DNA of 24,000 nt from Carnobacterium gallinarum DSM 4847 (GCF_000744375.1 NZ_JQLU01000005.1:2069496-2093495); one strand, 5' to 3'. Counted from the stretch's first letter, positions 1-8,028 are shown. Notes: generated from the sequence alone by a model not told the origin. Program-made: numbers and translations.

Positions 1-2
1 TT

Positions 3-287
3 TCTTCCGGGGGTATTTGGCAATTAGCTTTATCGATTTTATTAGAATTCTTCCCTAAAAACAAAGGGCGAATGACCAGTTATTATACTTTAATGACTTC
101 GTTTTCTGTTATGTTAATTCCTTTAATTACTGGATACTTAAGTGAATATAATGTTCTGTATGTAATGTTGTTTAATTGTGGGGTTACATTGATAGGTGTC
201 TTCATTTCATTACTTGTAGCCATTCGTTATCATAAATTAGTGGAACCTAATGAAAAAAATAGAACTTTAGCAAATGTTATTGAGTAA
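3..287 (+). CDS. 3' end of a polytopic membrane transporter gene (MFS-like); 5' end outside the window
   Basis: The frame of the listed 72..287 ORF stays open back to nt 3 (SSGGIWQLALSILLEFFPKNKGR precedes the listed Met). Hydrophobic helices are followed by a short charged tail. Stop TAA 285-287 is followed by a terminator. Confidence 0.5.
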   Translation, partial: SSGGIWQLALSILLEFFPKNKGRMTSYYTLMTSFSVMLIPLITGYLSEYNVLYVMLFNCGVTLIGVFISLLVAIRYHKLVEPNEKNRTLANVIE

Positions 288-296
288 AAGTAATAG

Positions 297-329
297 ACTG
301 ATCTCTTAATTTTAGAGGTCAGTTTTTTT
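297..329 (+). terminator. Rho-independent terminator of the transporter gene
   Basis: 10-bp stem ACTGATCTCT (297-306) / AGAGGTCAGT (314-323, one G-U pair), 7-nt loop, T7 run 323-329. Confidence 0.75.
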
Positions 330-599
330 GTTATTTAAAAATGAAATCGCAAATTTAAAATCGAATGTTAGTGTTAAGGAATGATCGTTAGAATGAATTA
401 AGTTTTAGGAAGTTTATTAGAGTTTATTTTTAATTGGTAGTGAGAGTAATCAATATGGAAAGCTAGTAGTTTAATTTTTAATGAGTTGGATAAAAAGAAT
501 GAAGTATAGGGAGAAAGTGATGATTTTAGAATTGGTTAGAAAAAATATAAGCTATTTTTATATCTAGAATCATTTCAAATTATATAACAACATTAAAAA

Positions 600-701
600 T
601 AAAAAAAATAGCTACCTCATAGAGGTAGCTAGGGGGAGTGACTCTTTTCAATAGGGGGGAGAAAAGAGTATAAAAATAAAAAAGATTTAGTTTGGACTAC
701 A
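600..701 (-). ncRNA. Candidate small RNA with two C-rich motifs; 3' end defined by an intrinsic terminator, 5' end uncertain
   Basis: Read on the minus strand: hairpin ACUCUUUUC / GAAAAGAGU (669-661 / 649-641) with loop UCCCCCCUAUU, then linker CACUCCCCC. This is followed by terminator stem UAGCUACCUC / GAGGUAGCUA (631-622 / 618-609) and U8-A-U5 (608-595). Extended -10-like boxes TGgTAAGAT (716-708) and TGtTAAGAT (724-716) lie upstream. No ORF of 60 aa or more is listed across this interval. Confidence 0.3.
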
Positions 702-864
702 TAGAGTATCTTACCATCTTAACATAACAAAATAATGACAAGACTATAACCTTTTTGAATCAATTTGGTGAAAGTTTAATGAAAGTGTTTTCGTTGTTTT
801 TATTCTTATTTTAATTATACGTTTTTAGAAAAATCAGTGATACTACAATCAATAGAAAACAGTA

Positions 865-873
865 TGGTATGAT
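865..873 (+). promoter_or_regulatory. Candidate extended -10 promoter for mgsA
   Basis: TGgTATGAT at 865-873, about 35 nt upstream of the ATG at 908. RBS GGGAG at 895-899. Confidence 0.4.
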
Positions 874-907
874 AGAGGAAACGATTGTTTAAAAGGGAGA
901 TAGTTAT

Positions 908-1330
908 ATGAATATTGCTTTGATTGCTCACGATCGAAAAAAAGAATTAATGATTGAATTAACGATTGCTTATCAAGAAATTCTAAAAAAACATACTTTA
1001 TACGCTACTGGTACAACTGGAAAGCGTATTATTGAAGCAACAGGTTTGGATGTTCATCGATTTAAATCAGGTCCATTAGGAGGCGATCAACAAATTGGTG
1101 CGTTAATTTCGGAAGATAAAATGGATATGGTACTTTTTTTACGTGATCCATTAGCGGCCCAACCTCATGAACCAGATGTGACGGCCTTAATTCGTTTAAG
1201 TGATGTTTATGAAATTCCTCTAGCGACAAATATAGGCACAGCTGAAATCTTATTACGTGGTTTAGACTCTGGTTTCGCTGACTGGAGAGAAATAAAAAAT
1301 CAAAATACTGGAGAAATTTTAGATATTTAA
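908..1330 (+). CDS. mgsA: Methylglyoxal synthase
   Basis: 140 aa. [10 protein letters not shown]...LYATGTTG...[11 protein letters not shown]...FLRDPL..QPHEPDV motifs are typical of MgsA. Good RBS. Confidence 0.9.
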   Translation: MNIALIAHDRKKELMIELTIAYQEILKKHTLYATGTTGKRIIEATGLDVHRFKSGPLGGDQQIGALISEDKMDMVLFLRDPLAAQPHEPDVTALIRLSDVYEIPLATNIGTAEILLRGLDSGFADWREIKNQNTGEILDI

Positions 1331-1415
1331 TGAGGGTGAAAATCCATTTAAGTGCAAAAAACATTGAAATAAGCAGAATTAGGTTATAATAAATTATTAA
1401 CATGGAGGTGTTTGT

Positions 1416-2015
1416 TTGGCAAATAAGGATATATTTGATAAAATGGCTAATTCATATGATTCTGAAGATCGTTTAGAAGTCGGTTCTCATATTATTCGTG
1501 AAGCGCAAAAGCATGTAGCACAACTGGAAACAAAAAATACATTGATTGACTTTGGTTGTGGTACTGGTGAAATTGGTCTAAATTTTATTCAAGATTTTAA
1601 TCAAGTCTTATTTTTGGATGTCTCAGAAAATATGTTAAACGTTGTGGAAGAAAAGCTAGCGGCAGCAGTGATTAAAAATGGAAAAACAATGCTAATTGAT
1701 GAAATAAGCAATTTTAGAGTAGAAGCGGACTGCATTATTGTATCGCAAGTCTTGCTGCACATTCCAGATACAGAAGCTGTTTTAACCAGTTTGTTTCATA
1801 TGTTAAAGACAGAAGGTTCATTATTAATTGTAGATTTCGACAAAAATGAATTGGTTCAATCTGCATTAGTTCATAATGGCTTTGATCAAAATAAACTAGC
1901 TGATCAACTGAAAAAGCTAGGATTTTCTAAAGTTCACTCCGAAATCTTTTTTGAAAGAGATCAATTATTTATGGGACAAGCGGCATCTTTATTTTTAATG
2001 GAAGCTGTTAAATGA
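1416..2015 (+). CDS. Class I SAM-dependent methyltransferase (substrate unknown)
   Basis: 199 aa with motif I LIDFGCGTGEIG and a downstream acidic residue (FLDVS). TTG start 1416 sits 7 nt after GGAGG (1404-1408). Confidence 0.8.
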   Translation: MANKDIFDKMANSYDSEDRLEVGSHIIREAQKHVAQLETKNTLIDFGCGTGEIGLNFIQDFNQVLFLDVSENMLNVVEEKLAAAVIKNGKTMLIDEISNFRVEADCIIVSQVLLHIPDTEAVLTSLFHMLKTEGSLLIVDFDKNELVQSALVHNGFDQNKLADQLKKLGFSKVHSEIFFERDQLFMGQAASLFLMEAVK

Positions 2016-2059
2016 AAATCAGCAAGTATGAGTTTAACTTTCTCATACTTGCTGATTTT
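2016..2059. terminator. Bidirectional terminator between convergent methyltransferase and metQ genes
   Basis: 18-bp perfect stem AAAATCAGCAAGTATGAG (2016-2033) / CTCATACTTGCTGATTTT (2042-2059), flanked by A/T runs on both sides. Confidence 0.85.
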
Positions 2060-2060
2060 A

Positions 2061-2903
2061 TTATTTTTTATCTGTCCAAACAGGTACAGAAGAGCCTTTT
2101 GACGTTTCTTCAATCACTTTGATGGTTTCGGGTGATTGGTAAGCTTTTACAACTTTTTTGTAGGTTTCATTGTCTTTGTCTTTATTGTTTGCCACAATAA
2201 TATTAATATATGGTTTTGACGTTTCATCAATAGGTTCTAGGAAGATCGCGTCTTTTGTTGGAACAAACCCTGCATCCACAGCCATACCACTATTGATTAA
2301 TGAAATTGTTGTATCTTTTAAAGCACGGGCAGTTTGAGCAGCATCTAATTCTTTAATTTCTAAGTTTAATTTATTTTCAGTAATATCTTTAACTGTAGGC
2401 GTTTGTTTGGCAGCTGGATTAACTTTAATCAAACCGGCTGTTTGTAAAAGTAATAACGCACGTCCGCCATTGGTTACATCATTAGGAATTGCAACAATAT
2501 CCTTATCTTTTAATTCTTTTACATCTTTAATTTTTTCAGAATAGATTCCAAGCGGCGCAATAACAGTTTCGCCAATCGAAACTAGATCGGTTCCGCTATC
2601 TTTGTTATAGGCATCTAGAAAAATTTGATGTTGGAAAGAGTTTAAATCAATTTCTCCTGAACTTAAAGCAGAGTTTGGTTGATTATAATCAGTGAATTTT
2701 ACAATGTTTAACTCAATATTCTCTTTCTTCAAACGTTCTTTTACAGAATCCCAAACCTCCGTATTTTCACCAACAACTCCAAGTTTAACAACTGTGGGTT
2801 TCTTTGTATCGGCGGCCGTATTGCTACCACTACCACAAGCAGCTATAAATCCTACACTTAAAATTAAGACTAACGCTAAGATGATTTTTTTTACATTTTT
2901 CAT
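2061..2903 (-). CDS. metQ: Methionine ABC transporter substrate-binding lipoprotein (MetQ/NlpA family)
   Basis: 280 aa. Signal peptide with lipobox FIAAC-G, NlpA-family body. Last gene of a metN-metI-metQ operon. Confidence 0.85.
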   Translation of the reverse strand: MKNVKKIILALVLILSVGFIAACGSGSNTAADTKKPTVVKLGVVGENTEVWDSVKERLKKENIELNIVKFTDYNQPNSALSSGEIDLNSFQHQIFLDAYNKDSGTDLVSIGETVIAPLGIYSEKIKDVKELKDKDIVAIPNDVTNGGRALLLLQTAGLIKVNPAAKQTPTVKDITENKLNLEIKELDAAQTARALKDTTISLINSGMAVDAGFVPTKDAIFLEPIDETSKPYINIIVANNKDKDNETYKKVVKAYQSPETIKVIEETSKGSSVPVWTDKK

Positions 2904-2955
2904 TTTCTTATTCCCCTTTTAATTTAAGTTTGATAAAACACATATGAATGATCTA

Positions 2956-3642
2956 TTAATGACTAGTTTTACGAATTAAATAATTGCCGATTGCTTGACT
3001 GATAAAGACTAAGATTAAAATAATGATTGTTGCGACTAAGGTTACATCATCTTGAAAACGATTATACCCACGAGAAATAGCTAAATTTCCTAATCCCCCA
3101 GCACCAATTGCACCAGCCATCGCAGTTAAACCAATTAAATTAATGATGGTTAAAGAAGAAGCACGAATAATTCCATTTAATCCTTCTTTTAAATAAACGC
3201 GGAAAATAATTTCTAGCGGGCTAGAACCCATCGATTGTGCAGCCTCAATTACACCAGGATCAACTTCAACCAATGCATTTTGAATTTGTCTAGCAAAGAA
3301 AGGAATAGTTCCGATTGATAATGGAACGATAGCAGCTGTAGTCCCAATGGATGTTCCAACAATTAAACGTGTAAAGGGAACAATGACAGCTAGCATGATA
3401 ATAAAAGGAATCGAACGGAATAGGTTAATCACTTTATCTAAAATATTGTACAACGTACGATGTTCCAGAATGCCACCACGGTCAGTAGCAACTAATATGA
3501 CCCCTAACACAATACCTAAAACTCCAGCAATTAGAGCGGTCACTCCAACCATGTAGAGTGTTTGAATCGTACTTTCGATAAATTCTTCTTTCAAAGGTGG
3601 TACATTTTTAAAATAAGTGTTAATAAACTCCATAATTTTCAC
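2956..3642 (-). CDS. metI: Methionine ABC transporter permease
   Basis: 228 aa polytopic BPD-type permease (EAAQSMGSSPLEIIFRVYL EAA loop). Its start lies 3 nt from the metN stop. Confidence 0.85.
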   Translation of the reverse strand: MKIMEFINTYFKNVPPLKEEFIESTIQTLYMVGVTALIAGVLGIVLGVILVATDRGGILEHRTLYNILDKVINLFRSIPFIIMLAVIVPFTRLIVGTSIGTTAAIVPLSIGTIPFFARQIQNALVEVDPGVIEAAQSMGSSPLEIIFRVYLKEGLNGIIRASSLTIINLIGLTAMAGAIGAGGLGNLAISRGYNRFQDDVTLVATIIILILVFISQAIGNYLIRKTSH

Positions 3643-3645
3643 TCC

Positions 3646-4722
3646 TTAGCTAATTTGGCTCTTTTTTTGTGGGTAGGGAATTATTTTTTCTTCATGTGGA
3701 ATTAAATCTACTTTGACATCTTTAGCAGCAAGATAGGCTAACGCTTTTTCACGCTTAGCTGGTTCACCAGAAAGAATTACGATTAAATTCCCAATCGGTG
3801 TATTCTGCAAAATTTCAACATTTCCAAAAAGGATACTAGTAGAAATAGTAAATTGACTATATAAATGCGAAATCAGTGGTTCACAGGTACTTTCTCCAAC
3901 GTAAGAAATTTTTGCCAGAACATCATTAGGTTTTAAATCAAGTAAAGTAGGATGGTTTAAAATCGTTTCTACTCCTTGATCGACATGTGTTGCTGTGTTG
4001 ATAAAGTCTTTTGTAAGAGTTTTTTTAGGTTTAGTAAAGATCGAAACGAGACTACCTTCCTCAATAACTTTGCCGTTTTCCATGACTGCAACCTTATTAC
4101 AGATTTCTTTCACAACTTGCATTTCATGGGTGATAATAACGATTGTCAACGCTAATTTTTTATTTAATTCTTTTAGCAATTCAAGAATCGATAAAGTCGT
4201 TTTTGGATCCAAGGCACTAGTTGCTTCATCACAAAGGAGAACTTCTGGATCATTTGCTAATGACCGAGCGATGGCTACCCGTTGCTTTTGCCCCCCAGAT
4301 AATTGAGAAGGAAAGGCATTATGTTTATCAGATAAGCCAACTAAGTCCAATAAATCACTCACCTTTTTCTGGATTTCAGTTTTAGATAGGCTAGAATTTT
4401 TTAAAGGAAAGGCAACATTATCAGCAATTGTACGAGAATCCATCAGATTAAAGTGCTGAAAAATCATGCCAATTTTCTTACGAGCGGTACGAAGATCTTT
4501 TGGCTTAAGACTAGATAAGTTTTGCTTTACCACAGTCACAGTCCCTTTTGTGGGACGTTGTAATAAATTGATTGTACGGACGAGCGTACTTTTTCCAGCT
4601 CCGCTATAGCCAACAATACCAAATACATCGCCTTTTTCTACATGTAAATCGACTTGATCGACTGCTTTAACAAGTTGCCCCTTACTTTCAAAAGTTACTT
4701 CAATATCTTTTAGTGTAATCAT
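3646..4722 (-). CDS. metN: Methionine ABC transporter ATP-binding protein with C-terminal NIL domain
   Basis: 358 aa. Walker [10 protein letters not shown], signature LSGGQKQR, Walker [12 protein letters not shown], and a C-terminal regulatory extension typical of MetN. Confidence 0.9.
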   Translation of the reverse strand: MITLKDIEVTFESKGQLVKAVDQVDLHVEKGDVFGIVGYSGAGKSTLVRTINLLQRPTKGTVTVVKQNLSSLKPKDLRTARKKIGMIFQHFNLMDSRTIADNVAFPLKNSSLSKTEIQKKVSDLLDLVGLSDKHNAFPSQLSGGQKQRVAIARSLANDPEVLLCDEATSALDPKTTLSILELLKELNKKLALTIVIITHEMQVVKEICNKVAVMENGKVIEEGSLVSIFTKPKKTLTKDFINTATHVDQGVETILNHPTLLDLKPNDVLAKISYVGESTCEPLISHLYSQFTISTSILFGNVEILQNTPIGNLIVILSGEPAKREKALAYLAAKDVKVDLIPHEEKIIPYPQKKSQIS

Positions 4723-4913
4723 TTAAGTTCCTCCCATTTCCCAATAAAGCTCAAAATTGTTTATCTATTTTCATGAACACGTATTGTTTGTGTGACTAAC
4801 AGAAATTCGCATCAGTCTAAAAACAAGATTGTATTTACACCTTTTCTGTTAAATAGTATTTCTACAAGAATTCTAATAGAGTATTCCACACTCCTGACTG
4901 CCTTTCAAATTAG

Positions 4914-5222
4914 AAAAAATAAAAAACTCTCATCCTTTTATCAAATGAATCATTCGATAAAAGGACGAGAGCTATAATTTGCTTCGTGTTACCACCTTTG
5001 TTTATAAAACTATTGCTAGTTTTACCTTAACCAGTTCTTGAAAAACTTACTTTTCGTTAAACTGTGGCGCTTTATCGGGCGCACCCGTAACAATCTAAAG
5101 TATTAAAAATTAATACAATTCAACTGTTTCACTCCAAGACCATCTTCAGTTCTCTCTCCATTACCCGCTTCCACCAACGAGGGCTCTCTATAAATGTGTT
5201 AAAAACGTACTCTTCTCTTCAA
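4914..5222 (-). promoter_or_regulatory. T-box leader (Met specifier, AUG) controlling metNIQ
   Basis: Read on the minus strand. Stem I has an AGAGAG bulge and a UUGGUGGAA distal loop. The specifier loop is GAAG-AUG-G (AUG is the complement of 5141-5143). T-box sequence AAAGGUGGUAACACGAAGC is the complement of 4981-4999. Terminator CTCTCGTCCTTTTATC/GATAAAAGGATGAGAG (4971-4956 / 4942-4927) is followed by a U run (4926-4914). A possible -10 TATGAT is the complement of 5233-5238. Confidence 0.85.
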
Positions 5223-5360
5223 TGTGAATTTAATCATATTCTCATTTATTTGTAACTTAACACTTACTATACAGGGGAACTTAAATTTTGTCAATAAAAA
5301 TTTAAAAATAAAATTACGAATCAAATAAACTCTTTTAGCTAGTAAAAACCTCTCTAAATA

Positions 5361-5369
5361 TGCTATAGT
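5361..5369 (+). promoter_or_regulatory. Candidate extended -10 promoter of the folT leader
   Basis: TGcTATAGT at 5361-5369, immediately upstream of the leader hairpin and riboswitch. Confidence 0.45.
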
Positions 5370-5374
5370 ATCCA

Positions 5375-5411
5375 TTAGATGAATTGACTTGTTAAGAGTC
5401 AGTTCATCTAA
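5375..5411 (+). promoter_or_regulatory. 15-bp-arm inverted repeat at the predicted 5' end of the folT leader
   Basis: TTAGATGAATTGACT (5375-5389) / AGTCAGTTCATCTAA (5397-5411), one G-U position, 7-nt loop. It starts about 6 nt after the -10 box. Confidence 0.5.
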
Positions 5412-5416
5412 TAAAT

Positions 5417-5521
5417 CAGAGTAGGGAATGAAGCGTTAAGTGCTGAAGGGATGGGATGTTGCCTTTTGGACGAAAAGCTATCTTTTGATAGGTTGCGGTT
5501 TTATTCTTGCATTCGCTGCAT
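5417..5521 (+). promoter_or_regulatory. THF (tetrahydrofolate) riboswitch aptamer
   Basis: CAGAGUAGG..AUGAAGCGUUAAGUG...GGGAUGGGAUGUUGCC...GGACGAAAAGC...UUGCGG...CUUGCAUUCGCUGCAU matches the conserved blocks of the THF-I riboswitch as I recall them. It lies directly upstream of a folT-type gene, its classic context. Confidence 0.8.
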
Positions 5522-5562
5522 AATATTTTTATGTTGGAAGCTCTTAAGAGGAGATTTTCAAA

Positions 5563-6081
5563 ATGAACAAGAAAAAGTTAGATGCACGAGCTATTGCTAT
5601 TATTGGACTTTTAATGGCCTTAGAGATTATTTTAACGCGAGTTTTCTCGTTTGAAGTACCATTCTTTAGAATTGGTATAGGCTTTTTACCAGGAGTTATG
5701 ATTGCTATGATGTATGGTCCGTGGATTGCAGGGATTACAGCATTAGCAACAGATATTATCGGTATGACCTTATTGCCTAAAGCGATGTTTTTCCCAGGAT
5801 TTACATTGTCAGCTGTTTTAGGAGCAGTAATTTACGGCTTGGTTTTATACAAAAAGCCTAAGTCATTAGGACGGATTATTGTTGCAGTATTACTTGTTTC
5901 AGTAATAGTTAACCTTGGTTTAAACAGTCTATGGTTATCAATGATGTACGATAAAGCGTTTATTGCAATTTTTCCTGGTCGTGTCGTATCTAATTTAATA
6001 GGTACACCATTACGTGTAGCACTGATTTATCTTGTAGTTAAAAGTCGCGTGTTGGAACGATATTTGCAGCCAGTATTATAA
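5563..6081 (+). CDS. folT: Folate-family ECF transporter S component
   Basis: 172 aa, 5-6 TM small integral membrane protein (LDARAIAIIGLLMALEIILTR...). Preceded by the THF riboswitch; RBS AGAGGAG. Confidence 0.75.
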   Translation: MNKKKLDARAIAIIGLLMALEIILTRVFSFEVPFFRIGIGFLPGVMIAMMYGPWIAGITALATDIIGMTLLPKAMFFPGFTLSAVLGAVIYGLVLYKKPKSLGRIIVAVLLVSVIVNLGLNSLWLSMMYDKAFIAIFPGRVVSNLIGTPLRVALIYLVVKSRVLERYLQPVL

Positions 6082-6104
6082 TAAATAATAAAGAAACAAA
6101 CATC

Positions 6105-6146
6105 CAAAAAAGGCAACCTTATCAACTATAAGGTTGCCTTTTTTTC
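6105..6146 (+). terminator. Rho-independent terminator after folT
   Basis: Stem AAGGCAACCTT (6110-6120) / AAGGTTGCCTT (6130-6140) followed by a T run to 6146. Confidence 0.85.
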
Positions 6147-6162
6147 GTTTAAAATGAATTTG

Positions 6163-6195
6163 GTATATACAAACTAGTATATACTATTGTATAAT
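6163..6195 (+). promoter_or_regulatory. Candidate promoter and HutC/GntR operator of the glycosylasparaginase-PTS unit
   Basis: Two copies of the 8-bp palindrome GTATATAC (6163-6170 and 6177-6184) lie just upstream of a TATAAT box (6190-6195). The first sits in TTGGTATATACAAA, which resembles the GT-N-TA-N-AC cores of HutC-type operators. The direct repeat AATGAATTTGG (6153-6163 and 6193-6203) brackets the region. Confidence 0.4.
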
Positions 6196-6210
6196 GAATT
6201 TGGATTCTTT

Positions 6211-6225
6211 AAGAAAGCGTTTTAA
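6211..6225 (+). promoter_or_regulatory. Weak candidate cre (CcpA) site
   Basis: AAGAAAGCGTTTTAA compared with the cre consensus WTGNAANCGNWNNCW gives 2 mismatches. It lies downstream of the putative -10. Confidence 0.25.
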
Positions 6226-6258
6226 TATAAACTTGAATTTAAAAATGGAGGTAAAAAA

Positions 6259-7212
6259 ATGACCTATGGAATGATTGCAACTTGGCGAATGGCCTATGAT
6301 GGTGTGGCAGAAATGACTAAGGAGTTGCAAAAGGGAAAAGATGCAGGAGATGCTTTAGTAGAGGCAATTAAACAAGTTGAGGATTATCCTTTTTATAAGT
6401 CAGTAGGTTATGGTGGATTGCCGAATGAGCATTGTATTTTAGAAATGGATGCAGCGTATATGGATGGAAATACTTTCGATATTGGGGCTGTTGCAGGCAT
6501 TCAAGATGTGAAAAATCCGATTGCTGTGGCTCAATCTTTGAGCCATGAACGGTTTAATTCATTTTTAGTAGGTTCCGGTGCAACCAAGTATGCCAAAAAT
6601 GCTGGATTTGAGTGTCAAAATATGCTGACAGAACGCGCAAAACGCTTATGGGAGCTACGAATGGAAGAGATTCAAAAGCATAACCTAAGTCCTTACGATG
6701 GACATGATACGATTGGTGCAGTTTCCTTAGATATTCACAAAAAAATGGTAGCAGGAACATCCAGTAGTGGTTTATTCATGAAAAAAAGTGGGCGGGTTGG
6801 AGATTCCCCCCTATCTGGTTCAGGATTTTATGTTGATAGTGAGATAGGCGGAGCAACGGCAACAGGCTTAGGTGAAGACTTAATGAAAGGCTGCTTAAGT
6901 TACGAGATTGTCCGTTTGATGGGAACAGGGCTGCATCCACAACAAGCTGCGGATCAGGCTGTCTATCAATTTGCTGAAAAATTAACAAAACGTAAGGGGA
7001 AAGCTGGTGCTTTTTCATTAGTTTGTATGAATAAATCAGGTGAATGGGGTGTTGCTACAAACGTAGAATTTTCATTTGTTGTAGCAACAGAACATGAAGC
7101 AGCCGAGATTTATTTGGCATATCCTGCAGAAAATCAAACAACAAGAATTGAGATTGCCTCAAAAGAATGGTTGGCAGCCTATGAAACTCGAATAAAAAAA
7201 CCACTTGATTAG
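6259..7212 (+). CDS. Cytoplasmic Ntn-hydrolase of the glycosylasparaginase / isoaspartyl-peptidase family (N4-(beta-N-acetylglucosaminyl)-L-asparaginase-like)
   Basis: 317 aa. Autoprocessing site HD-TIGAV (Thr151 codon 6709-6711), GRVGDSPLSGSGFY and GATATGLGEDLM motifs. No signal peptide. RBS GGAGG 6247-6251. Confidence 0.8.
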   Translation: MTYGMIATWRMAYDGVAEMTKELQKGKDAGDALVEAIKQVEDYPFYKSVGYGGLPNEHCILEMDAAYMDGNTFDIGAVAGIQDVKNPIAVAQSLSHERFNSFLVGSGATKYAKNAGFECQNMLTERAKRLWELRMEEIQKHNLSPYDGHDTIGAVSLDIHKKMVAGTSSSGLFMKKSGRVGDSPLSGSGFYVDSEIGGATATGLGEDLMKGCLSYEIVRLMGTGLHPQQAADQAVYQFAEKLTKRKGKAGAFSLVCMNKSGEWGVATNVEFSFVVATEHEAAEIYLAYPAENQTTRIEIASKEWLAAYETRIKKPLD

Positions 7213-7230
7213 ATAAGAGGAGTGAAGCAA

Positions 7231-7953
7231 TTGGAAAATAAACGATTAGGAATTTACTTGGAAGTTTCTGATCAAATTCGTTCACGAATTAGTGATGGAA
7301 CCTATAGTTCAGCTCAAAAACTGCCTTCAGAATATGAGTTAGCCAAAGAATATGCTGTGAGTCGCTTAACTGTTCGCAAGGCGATTGATGAGTTAATTAA
7401 ACAAGACATTTTGATTAAATATAAGGGCAAAGGCACCTATATTATGACGCAACAAAAAATTCAAAGTGGTCGTGGTGGGTTACAAGGATTTACCGAGGCA
7501 GCAAAAGCGTATGGCTTAAGCTCGGAAACTAAAGTAATTGAATTTAAAAAAATAAAAAACATTCCAGAAGAGGTTCAGAAAACATTAGAGCTTGAAACTG
7601 GGCAAGAAGTCTATCATATTAAGCGTCTAAGAATTGCCAATCAAGAACCCATGACTGTTGAAGATATGTATATTGCTAAAAAATATTTGCCCACCATTAC
7701 AAAAAAAATGGCGGTAGAATCACTATTTCATTTAATTGAAAAAGAGATTGCGATTGCATATTCACATCAAGAAGTTGAAGCGATATTAGTAGATGAAGCA
7801 ATGGGGCAATTATTGCAAATCGATGTAGGACAGCCAATGTTATTAGTTCATTCAGTTACTTTTTCAGTGACTGGAATTCCAATTTTATATGATACTTCCT
7901 ATTATCGTGCTGATAAATATACCTTTAAAAATACACTTCATCGAATTAAGTAA
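7231..7953 (+). CDS. GntR-family transcriptional regulator, HutC subfamily (wHTH plus UTRA domain)
   Basis: The N-terminus KLPSEYELAKEYAVSRLTVRKAIDELIKQ is a GntR wHTH, and the C-terminal approx. 150 aa are UTRA-like. The track start is GTG 7222. I prefer TTG 7231, which lies 8 nt after GAGGAG (7217-7222). Confidence 0.8.
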   Translation: MENKRLGIYLEVSDQIRSRISDGTYSSAQKLPSEYELAKEYAVSRLTVRKAIDELIKQDILIKYKGKGTYIMTQQKIQSGRGGLQGFTEAAKAYGLSSETKVIEFKKIKNIPEEVQKTLELETGQEVYHIKRLRIANQEPMTVEDMYIAKKYLPTITKKMAVESLFHLIEKEIAIAYSHQEVEAILVDEAMGQLLQIDVGQPMLLVHSVTFSVTGIPILYDTSYYRADKYTFKNTLHRIK

Positions 7954-8028
7954 TCTTTAGTAAGTTTATGCATGGATTTAAATGTTAGTTAGATAAATAA
8001 AATTAGTTAAATTCGAGGAGGAAGAAAA

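Noticed and set aside
1364-1390. TTGAAA ... TATAAT as the promoter of the methyltransferase gene
   Set aside because: The spacer is only 15 nt, which is suboptimal. The gene may instead be co-transcribed with mgsA, since there is no terminator between them.
1062-1403. 113-aa minus-strand ORF overlapping mgsA
   Set aside because: It is antisense to a confidently identified mgsA, has a low-complexity hydrophobic or odd composition, and has no RBS. It is a typical shadow ORF in AT-rich DNA.
2692-4306. Plus-strand ORFs 2692..2922, 3347..3556 and 3995..4306
   Set aside because: All lie antisense inside metQ, metI and metN, whose products have clear family motifs. None has a convincing RBS or a recognisable sequence.
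4792-4977. 61-aa plus-strand ORF upstream of metN
   Set aside because: It overlaps the T-box terminator and antiterminator on the opposite strand. The region is better explained as the T-box leader.
5451-5654. 67-aa plus-strand ORF
   Set aside because: It starts inside the THF riboswitch aptamer, runs out of frame into folT, and has a Cys/Leu-rich nonsense-like sequence.
6554-7285. Minus-strand ORFs 6554..6760, 6776..7018 and 7055..7285
   Set aside because: They are antisense to the glycosylasparaginase and GntR genes and have no motifs, so they are shadow ORFs.
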